Assembly: GCA_951406725.2 (NCBI GenBank)
Contig: OX597819.1
Location: forward strand, 80,786,001 to 80,850,000
Direction of reading: 5' to 3'
DNA: 64,000 nucleotides
Source: Octopus vulgaris
Taxonomy: Eukaryota
Part shown: positions 39,359 to 49,228 of the stretch, in pieces
How the letters are laid out: every line of letters begins with the position of its first letter
Position numbering within the stretch: position 1 is the stretch's first letter
Position numbers and translations under genes: made by a program
The notes under the pieces: model-generated
The model's input: the letters and a program-made list of their open reading frames with translations, nothing else
Told to the model about the DNA's origin: nothing
Databases searched by the model: none

Positions 39359-39658
39359 TTAATGGTGTAGTTAGCTGTGTAAGTAAATGTTTAAGTGACA
39401 ATCTAAAAAAAAGCCTGGATTTCAAGATAAAGAAAGAGATTGACTTTCTTCTACTTTACAAGTACAATCTGGAAGTACTTCAGTAAAAATATGCAAGACT
39501 TTTCTATAAATCAACATGTAATACTTATTATTGTTTCTTTCCAAATTCCTGTTATGGAGACTTAGTTTCTTTGTTAGAAGTCATTTCTTTCTTTGTAGCA
39601 GATTTAATTACTATGCCTGTAATCTCTGTGTATGTATGTGTGTGCTTTTTCATTGAAG

Positions 39659-39767
39659 GTTATGAACGACAGAAACATCCAATGGTTGATGCTGAACTGG
39701 AAAAAATGCTGTTAGATATCCATAATACTTTTGAATCATATTCTACAGCAACAGATATAACATTAGG
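39659..39767 (+). CDS. HPS4: HPS4 coding exon
   Basis: tttcattgaag|...GG|gtaagt. GYERQKHPMVDAELEKMLLDIHNTFESYSTATDITL(G), cf. [24 protein letters not shown]. Confidence 0.88.
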
Positions 39768-40660
39768 GTAAGTCTTCATATATTGTAAGTCTTCTATGCA
39801 CTAAAAGTCTGCATCCTCTGTTTTATTAATGTTTTATATTGGGTATAAAAGACCAATTTGAAATGAGTAACAACATTCCCAGCAGACCTGATATTTCCAT
39901 GCAGCTTTTTGAACTGAGAAATGTAGAGTAAAGTGCCCTGTCAGCGATAGTAACTCACCTGTAACAGATGTGAACTTGTGATCCATATCATGGTAGTTCA
40001 ATCATTGTTTAACATCTGCCTTCCATAGTGGGATGGTTTGACAGGAGCTGGCTGGGCAGAAACCTGCACCAGACTTCTGTGACTGTTTTGGCTGGATTTT
40101 TACAACTGGATGCCCTTCCTAACACCAACCACTCAGCAGAGTGGACTTTGTGCTTTTTATGTCGCACAAGCACAGGCACAGTCAGTTTTGGCAAGGTTTT
40201 TACAGCAGGATGCCTTTCCAAATGCCAATCACTTTACAGTGGGGACTTGATACTTTTTAAGTGGCACCTGCACTGGCAGGGTCACCAAGTACCTTGCAAG
40301 ACAAAAAAAAAAATTATCTTTTGAGTGGATGGGGGTGGGGGAATTAGAGGAGGTGATCTCGTGTCAAATGAAGTTTATAGTGAGACAGAGAGACAGAAAC
40401 GGGTGTCTTGCTGTAGAAGTGGTACAAGTTTACCTGGCTGGTGAGAAAGAGAGAGAGATCAGGAATGAAGTACTTGTTGTGTTGCCCAAGTAGTTCAGTG
40501 AGTTATTGTCATAAGGTCCTTGTAAAATTAAGTTAGTTACAGCGTATGATGATGTGTTCAATATTAGTGAGAATATTGCTGGAAGTGAGTTAAAGTAATA
40601 TGCAAATTAGCTAGTTTGAAATTTTCTATAAGTGATCAGAGCAGTAACTATACTGAGAAG

Positions 40661-41154
40661 TAATGTTTATCACCTCTTAAACATGGCTGTTCTGGAGGAA
40701 CCGACATTACTGCTATTTTTAACCACAGGAGGACGCCCACTCCAGCTGATAATTCGATGCAATCTGTATCTGATATATTTTGAAAGCAGGAGAGTGAACT
40801 CCTTACCATCTTCCAGCAATGGCAGGACCACCAGACTGTACAGTTTTGACCTTTTTGTGGTCAACCTCAGTGGTAGATATTTACCCAGTAGAGATAGCAG
40901 CAGTTCTGGAGTGAACCACTGCTGTCTCTAGTGGGCAAGTATCCACCACTGAGGATGACCACAAAGAGCTTGAAACTATATAGTTTGGTGATGTTGTGGC
41001 TAGAAGATTGTTGTGGGTCCACTCCCCTGCTTGCAGTATATATCGAGTGAGATCGCATCAAATAACCAGGTGGAGGAGATGTCCTCCTGGGGTTGAAAAT
41101 AGCAGTAATGTTGGTTCCTACAGAGCAGTCATGTTTAACTGGTGATAAACATTA
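40661..41154. mobile_element. 494-bp fold-back element (inferred inverted pLTR pair) with a hammerhead relic in each arm
   Basis: taatgtttatcacc...ggtgataaacatta; arms complementary throughout with many substitutions; centre near 40908. Confidence 0.85.
40944..40990 (+). ncRNA. hammerhead ribozyme motif (C3-G8), stem II decayed
   Basis: CACCA-CUGAGGA-U-GACC(acaaaga)GCUU-GAAA-CUAUAUAG-UU-UGGUG; mirror copy at 40829-40875 (-) keeps GACC/GGUC, CUGUACAG and UC. Confidence 0.7.
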
Positions 41155-41232
41155 ATTCTGTGTTAAAGTAGTTTTGTAAGAATTTCACCCTCTTAAATAT
41201 CTTTAAATTTGATTTAACATTTTCATTTCCAG

Positions 41233-41404
41233 AAGTCATTGTGCTTGCACTTACGGACACAAAAACCCAGCAATAGAAGCATTTTTCCAGAAATCTTTTG
41301 AACAAAGTCTTGCTTTTTCTCCTCAAGCAAGTAATATGATCTTTATAATGGAAACGCTGGCTCGGAACCATTTAAGAGATGATAAAGAACTTGTATTGGT
41401 CTGA
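41233..41404 (+). CDS. HPS4: HPS4 last coding exon with stop codon
   Basis: catttccag| phase 2. (G)SHCACTYGHKNPAIEAFFQKSFEQSLAFSPQASNMIFIMETLARNHLRDDKELVLV*, TGA at 41402-41404; matches the HPS4 C-terminus [20 protein letters not shown]...AKQKLLKHGVNLL. Confidence 0.9.
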
Positions 41405-41568
41405 TTTTCATGTATTGGTGTGATTTTCAAGGCCTTGTTTTGTTTTTGTTTCAAAGCTTAATTATTTAACCTAAGATTATCTCTTTTAAATTGTTTTTCA
41501 AACTTTGCAGAAGTTTGTAGTTTTTTTATATGCAGTTTACTTAAAAATTCGAATATTTATGAATTTTC

Positions 41569-41574
41569 AATAAA
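41569..41574 (+). terminator. candidate polyadenylation signal for HPS4
   Basis: AATAAA about 165 nt after the stop codon, with T-rich sequence downstream. Confidence 0.45.
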
Positions 41575-42544
41575 ATATTTAAAAACCCTTTTTGCAAAGT
41601 TGATTTTAAAACTAATTCTCTTGTGGAAACAGCAGCCAACCATTGGATTGTGGAACCTCAACAGACAAGCATATCTTGTTTTGCTATTGTTTTTATATTA
41701 TTGGTAGCCACAATGCATAAAGGTTGGAAAGGTTTAGGAATGGAATTATTTCCCACCATCCAATCCATGCCAGCATGGAAAACAGACATTAAATGATGAT
41801 GATGATGATTCAAAATTTGAGCTATAGTGTTGTTTACATAATTCTGCTTGTATCAGTGTGTGTGTGTGTATAAAGTGCATGTGAAATTGTAAAAAGGAAA
41901 TCAGGCAGAATTAATATAAAGGAATTTAGAGTTCATTTTGAAGAAAATTTGGAAGAATCTACAAAAATAACAAAACAATATTTGTGTGTTTATATTTTCA
42001 AACAATCCAAGTATATTAATTATGATTAAGTTGTATTTTCTTCATTTCATCTTGCTTCTTTACCTCCCTCCTTCTCATCACCTCATCATTTTCTCAGCTG
42101 TCCTTTTAATCAATATTCTCATTATCATATGTGTAATTACAGAGAATAAAAGTTCCCTATTATTACATCATTTTAGACTCATCTGTGCAACATACACGTC
42201 TATAACACGTGTGTGGATAGAGAATTTATTTTATTTTTCATTATTATTATTATTACTTTTTTTTTATGATGATCATGTTTCTTCATGAGCATTGAGGCTG
42301 TAATCAGAACCTGATATACTCACAAAACACTCTTGGTTATTGTGATTTAAGCTCTCCATTGCCCCTCCTCTCCTGTTCCGTCTCTAATATCATCAATTCA
42401 ACACGTTTCTCAGCTCAGTTTCCTGCAGTTATACTGTTTCAGTTGATATCATACAGGTACTGTCACTAATTTTTCTTCTACTTTATATAAATACTTGAAA
42501 TCAACATTGGCATTTCGATGTTAATATCAAACAAATATTAAAGT

Positions 42545-44760
42545 TATGAGCTGGCAGAATTGTTAGCATGTCAGGCAAACTGCTCAGTAGTATTTCATTT
42601 ATCTTTATGTTCTGAGTTCAAATTCTGCAAAGTTGACTTTGCCTTTCAGTCTTTCAGGGGTCAATAAAATACCAGTTCAATACTGGGACCGATGTAATTG
42701 ACTTACCCCTTTCCCCAAAATTGCTGGCCTTGTACCAAAATTTGAATTTAACATTAAACAAATATAAGGCTTGCAGATTGGCAGAATCATGCTGGGCAAA
42801 AGACTTAGCAGCATTTCATTCCTCTTTATGTTCTGAGTTCAAATTCTGTAAGATTGACTTTGCTTTTCATTCTTTCAGGGTTGATAAAATATGTACCAGT
42901 TGAGTATTGGGGTTGATGTAATCAATTTTCACCCTTCCCTGAAATTGCTGGCCTTGTGCTCAAATTTGAAACTAATATTAAACAAATATAAGGCAGTGAA
43001 ATGGCAGATTCATTAACACACTGAGCAAATACTTAGCAGCATTTCATCCATCTTTTACATCAGTGGAATCGACTAGCCCTCTTCTCCAAAATTGCTGCCC
43101 TTGTGGCAAAATTTGAAACCATTATTATTATTATTATTTTATGTTTGACTTTTGCTTTATATTTGTACAAGTTGGCTCCAAGTCTCACCCAGAGACCTCA
43201 AGAGACAACAAGTTGGAAGATCATGTTGGTGTTATGCCTAGGGTGCCATATATTTGGTTTTGTACTTAGTGTTGTAAAAGTGAATGTTTAAGAAAGCATA
43301 AGAAAATTATGTTTGTTTTAAAACTTGAGATTACATAGTATTTTGCATAGGATATGAGCAGTTCCCATGAGCACTATCTTTTGAATTTCTGCCATTTTTG
43401 GGTTTCCTGGTATCTGAGCTAGGTTGCAATCAGCCGCTTTTGCTATCATTCCTAGGACACCTATGACAACAAATATTGTTTTAGTCTTCAGGTTCCGCAT
43501 TTTGCTAATTTCTATTTCAAGATCTTTATATTTGTTTAGTTTTTGGTGGGTCTTGACAGATATGTTTATGTCGATTGGGACAGTCATATCAATAAGGAGG
43601 AATGATTTTTGTTTATGAATTATTATTATTATTATTGCAGTATTTCACCTGTCACTACATTATTATTATTGCGGTATTTCACCTGTCACTATGTTCTGAG
43701 TTCAGATTCCACCAAGGTTGACTTTGCCTTTCGGGGTCGATAAATACCAGTTAAACACTGGGGTTAATGTAATCAACTACTCCCATCCCCCAAAATGTTA
43801 AGCTTTGTGCTTTAGTAGAAAGGATTATTATTTTTGAAGGCAGTGAGCTGGCTGGACAAAATGCTTAGCAGCATTTTGCTTGTTGCTACTTTCTGAGCTC
43901 AAATTCTGCTGAGGTTGACTTTGCCATTCATTCTTCAAGGGTCGATAAATTAAGTACCTGTGAAACATGGGGTCAATGTAATCAACTTGTCCCCTCCTCA
44001 AAAATTTCAAGACCTTGTGCCTTCAGTAGAAAGGATTATTACTATTATGGTATTTCACCCATTGCTACGTTCTGAGTTAAGATTCTGCTGAGGTTGACTT
44101 TGCCTTCCATACTTTTGGGGTTGATAAATTAAAAACCAGTTAAACGCTGGGGACAATGTAATTGACTAGTCCTATCCCCTCAAAATGGTTGCCCTTGTAG
44201 CAAAATTTGAAATCATTATTATTATTCTAGCACAATGGGAAAAATGCTTAGTGGCATTTCATGTGTCTTTATGTTCAGAGTACTAGGGTCGATGTAATTG
44301 ACTTACCCTCTCTCCTGGTTGCTGGCCTAATATCAAAATTTGAAAACCAGTATTAAACAAATATTCTTTTCTACTCTAGGCACAAAGCCTGAAATTTTGG
44401 GGGAGGTGGTGGGGACAGTCGATTAGATTGACTGCTGTGCGCAACTAGTACTTAATTTATTGATCCCGAAACAATGAAAAGCAAAGTCGACCTCATCAGA
44501 ATTTGAACTCAGAACTTAACGACAGATGAAATACCTATTTCTTTACTACCTACAAGGGGCTAAACACAGAAGGGACAAACGGATTGAGTCAATTATATCG
44601 ACTCCAGTGCGTAACTGGTACTTATTTAATCGACCCCGAAAGGATGAAAGGCAAAGTCGACCTCGGCGGAATTTGAACTCAGAACGTAACGGCAGAGGAA
44701 ATATTGCTAAGCATTTCGCCCGGCGTGCTAACGATTCTGCCAGCTCGCTGCCTTAATATT
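42545..44760. mobile_element. dense cluster of roughly ten tRNA-derived SINE family B copies in both orientations
   Basis: Repeated gttctgagttcaaattc...gactttgcctttcatcc...ggggtcgataaa core. Confidence 0.85.
43139..43613 (-). mobile_element. Dong/R4-clade non-LTR retrotransposon 3' end (restriction-like endonuclease) in a (TAA)n tract
   Basis: LIDMTVPIDINISVKTHQKLNKYKDLEIEISKM...VVIGVLG...IQKIVLMGTAHIL; flanked by (ATT)n on both sides, the known Dong target. Confidence 0.85.
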
Positions 44761-44955
44761 AAACAAATATTGGTTTCCTTTGACTAGGCTCAATATATAT
44801 ATATGTATATATTTTTCTTTTTGCTAATGGGGAGGAATTGATTAAGAAAACATCAATATATGATTAGTAATTAATTTATCAAATTTAATGTCTGTCATTG
44901 AAATTTAGTGGCATTATGAAGGGTTACTTATGCTTTTAAAGATTTATTTCAGTGT

Positions 44956-46097
44956 CATCATCATCATCATCATCGTTTAACGTCCGTTCTCCATGCTAGC
45001 ATGGGTTGGACGGTTCGACCAGGGATCTGGGAAGCCAGAAGGCTGCACTAGGCTCCAGTCTTATCTGGCAATGTTTCTACGGCTGGATGCCCTTCCTGAC
45101 GCCAACCACTCCGTGAGTGTAGTGGGTGCTTTTTACGTGCCACCTGCACAGGTGCCAGGCGAGGCTGGCAACGGCCACGGTCGGATTGTTGCATTTTACG
45201 TGCCACCGGCACGGAAGCCAGTCGAGGCGGCACTGGCATCGGCCACGATTCGGATTGTGCTTTTTACGTGCCACCGGCACGGAAGCCAGTCGAGGCGGCG
45301 CTGGCATCGGCCACGATTCGGATAGTGCTTTTTACGTACCACCAGTCCAGGGGTCCTGGCATCTGCCGGGTGCCAGTCATAGGATTGGTTCAATTTCGAT
45401 TCCGATTTCGATTTCGACTTCACTTGCCCCAACAGGTCTTCGCAAGCAAAGGGGGGTTGGCATGGGTGCCTGTCGTCGGATGAGGTTCGATATCGACTTC
45501 GCTTGCCTCAACAGGTCTTTGTGTGTCCAAGGGAGGAAAGGCATGCATAAGTGCGCTGGACTCACTTGTCCTGCCTAGTTTTCTCACGCACAGCATATTT
45601 CCAAAGGTCTCGGTCGCTGGTCATTTCCTCAGTGAGGCCTAAAGTTCGAAGGTCGTGCTTCACCACCTCGTCCCAGGTTTTCCTGGGTCTACCTCTTCCA
45701 TGGGTTCCCTCAACTGCTAGGGATTGGCACTTTTTCACACACCTATCTTCATCCATTCTCGCCACATGACCATACCAGCGCAATCGTCTCTCTTGCACAC
45801 CACAACTGATGCTTCTTAGGTCCAACATTTCTCTCAAGGTACTAACGCTCTGTCGAGTATGCACACTGACATTACACATCCATCGGAGCATACTGGCTTC
45901 ATTCCTTGCGAGCTTACGCATGTCCTCAGCAGTCACGGCCCATGTTTCACTGCCATGTAGCATGGCTGTTCGTACACATGCATCACATACAGTCTGCCTT
46001 TTACTCTGAGCGAGAGGCCTTTAGTCACCAGCAGAGGTAAGAGCTCCCTAAACTTTGCCCAGGCTATTCTTACTCTAGCAGTTACACTTTCAACGCA
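44956..46097 (-). mobile_element. young 5'-truncated RTE LINE (ORF C-terminus plus full 3' UTR)
   Basis: ORF 45963-45562 MLHGSETWAV...RRLRWYGHVARM...GRGRPRKTW; (GAT)n tail. Shows that the many short GAT-tailed repeats are RTE 3' UTRs. Confidence 0.92.
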
Positions 46098-47102
46098 CCC
46101 CCCCCCCCACTACTGGGTGGGTGGTAATACAAATTTTAAATATCTGCAGACATTGAATTGAAAGACAATTGAGTGTATGTATGCATACCTACCTGTCTAT
46201 CTATTTAGCTGTGTCTATGCGAATATATATATATATGTGTGCATGCATGTATATATAATCTAAAATAACGTATCATATTCCCTGTAATTTTATTTTTATC
46301 AGATCATCTTTGCTTCTTCAATTAACAAAGATCCACTCTATTTCATATATAGGCGACTGTCTTGGATTTCTTATATTGTATACTAAATTGTGTATCTATT
46401 GTAAGGGTTTAATTTCAACTGAACAAAATAATTGTAAAAGATCAAGTGCCAGAAGATAAAGGGCACACACCCATGTATAAAACGTATGATGTGCTATTGA
46501 CCACTGTAGTGTTGAATTTACTTTTGTAATATAATATAATATTGAAATAAGGTATGGCAATCAGTGGTGATAAAGAAGACAATGAAGTTATCTTATAGGT
46601 GAATTGGTCACAGCTATTTGCCATAATACTAAGATATATTGCTTATCTTTGTAAAAAGAGAAAGTCAAATGTTCTTTCTAAAACTGTCTCTCGTTACATT
46701 TAATTTCACCTTCAAGTATAGAGTTTACAGTAGAATAATATTTAAGTCCATAATCAGCTGAAGTGTAGAAGTACTTTTTGAAAATGTTTATCCTCTCTAA
46801 TGTATTCTGAATAAATCAGACGAGTATAGTCCATTCCACTCCGAATTACAATCAGGGATTCTTAAAACTCTGTAGACTAAACAAAATACGAAATAAATAC
46901 GTAGAATTATCTGTTATCTTCTACTTGTTTCAGTCATTAGACTGTGGCCATGCCGAGGCACAACTTTGGAAAATTTTAGTTGAATGAATCAATGCCTGTA
47001 CTTTTTTGAAGCCTGGCGCTTATTCTATCAGTTTCTGCTGAACCATTATGGGGTCATAAACACATCGACATAAGTTGTTAAGTGGTGGCGGTGGAGATAG
47101 AG

Positions 47103-47159
<57 letters not shown>

Positions 47160-47786
47160 ATGAGCTTCTTTCAGTTTCCATCTACCAAATCCACTCACAA
47201 GGTTTTGATTAGCCTGAAGCTATAGTAGAAGACACTTGACCAAAGTGCCACATAGTGGGACTAAAATCGGAACTGTGTGAGTGGAAAGCAAACTTCTTAC
47301 CACACAGCCATGCCTGCACCTATATCCATAAGCATCTAGTCTTGCTGTGAAGTCTTCATCACACAGTGATGACTGTGGTCATGCTAGGGCAACACCTTGA
47401 AGAGTTTTAGTAAAACAAATCAATCCCAGGACTTACGTATTTTAATATCTTGTACTTATCGGTCTCTTTTGCTGAACTGCTACATTATGGGGATATAAAC
47501 ACACCAACACCAGTTGTCAAGTAGTAGCAAGGGGGACATGCACAAGCACATTGATACACACACACGCACAAGTATATATAAATATATATGCACATACGAC
47601 GGGATTCTTTCTGTTTTCTACTAAATCCACTCATAAGGTTTTGGTCACCCGAGGCTATAGTGGAAGACATGCTGCAGGAGTGAACCAGGGACCATGTGGT
47701 TGGGAAGTAAGCTTTTACCACACAGTCACGCCCGTGCTTATATATATATATATATATATATAGTGTCTGTGTGTATGTGATGTATG

Positions 47787-47996
47787 TATGCGAGTGTTAT
47801 GAAAAGTTCCTGGCTTAGAATAAAAGAAAACACAGTAGGATCGTGGTTTTAATTAACATATTCCCCTCTCAGATTCACACACTTATTGCGGCAGTCCTTC
47901 ACTTTCCAAAGCCCTAAAAGAACTCTGAAAGTTGGGCCTCCAACCAGGCCTTTCGTGATACCCTTAAAGCCAAGAACTTTTCAACGCCCTCTCGTA
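47787..47996. mobile_element. mariner-type MITE
   Basis: cgagtgttatgaaaagttcctggctt...aagccaagaacttttcaacgccctctcg|ta. Confidence 0.6.
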
Positions 47997-48089
47997 TAAA
48001 CAAGCACACAGACATGTCTGTAACTTTGTCTTGATGTCATGTGCTGGTTGCAAATGAGCATCACCGCCATTGGAAAATGTAAGGCTATG

Positions 48090-48337
48090 GGCACGTAAAA
48101 TGCACCAATCCGATCATGGCCGATGCCAGCCTCGCTTGGCACCAGTGCAGGTGGCACGTAAAAAGCACCCACTACACTCACGGAGTGGTTGGCGTTAGGA
48201 AGGGCATCCAGCTGTAGAAACATTGCCAGATAAGACCGGAGCCTGGTGCAGCCTTCTGGCTTCCCAGATCCCCGGTCGAACCGTCCAACCCATGCTAGCA
48301 TGGAGAACGGACGTTAAACGATGATGATGATGATGAT
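48090..48337 (+). mobile_element. RTE LINE 3' UTR fragment
   Basis: Nearly identical to the reverse complement of 44956-45210. Confidence 0.85.
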
Positions 48338-49078
48338 GGGGAAATATTAACTTGTTTGGAAACTGGTGAAATTTGGAGACAAAATGTACAAGAAGGGCAT
48401 CAGCTGGCTGTTGTAACCTGCCTCAACAAATTCCATCAGACCTATGTTTAAGCATGGAAAAGTGGACATTAAATGATGATGATGATCATCATCATCGTCA
48501 TCATTTTCTGTATCGTCAACGAGAGATTCAAAGAGTTTGTGTGCCTACAGAAAACCTGTTTTATTCAGAAATAATCATTATATTTTGATTATTGATTAGT
48601 TAAATAATTATTGAAGCGCACTACAACGATATGAAGTTCAACTGCAGAACGACTTATTTATAGATTGTTATTTATAGTATAACAAATATTTTGTATCGAT
48701 GTTTTTCACGAAAGACATCAAAAGTCGCATGCCGCCTTTTATGTTGCATTTTCTCGGAAAAATGATACAGCTTCTAAGTAAATTTTTATGCACTGGAAAC
48801 TGGAGTTTGTTATCTGTACATTGGTATCATGATGATACTGTCGGCTTTACGTTCACTTTACTTTGCTTGCCTGGATCAGATAGAGCTCCTTGAATAAGAT
48901 TTTCTGTGGCGAGTTGCTAACCCTCATCTGTTTCCAAGTAAGATCATATTTTCCCACCTCATCATTGTACATGTTATCATGGAAGACCGGAAACGAGTGA
49001 CATGGTTTATATGACTGTGAAAGTCGTTTATAACTATCATATGACGTCAAGACAAGGAAACACGGATACTCATGCGCG

Positions 49079-49137
<59 letters not shown>

Positions 49138-49228
49138 GATGGGCTTGGTTCGGCTACCGTCTTCGAAACCTACTTACATCGTTTTGATTGGCCTAGGAGT
49201 TTAGCAGAAGACACTTGTCCGAGGTGTT

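Noticed and set aside
46303-46410. Possible exon after a good acceptor (tttttatcag)
   Set aside because: No recognisable peptide, and HPS4 already terminates at 41404; could be UTR but unsupported.
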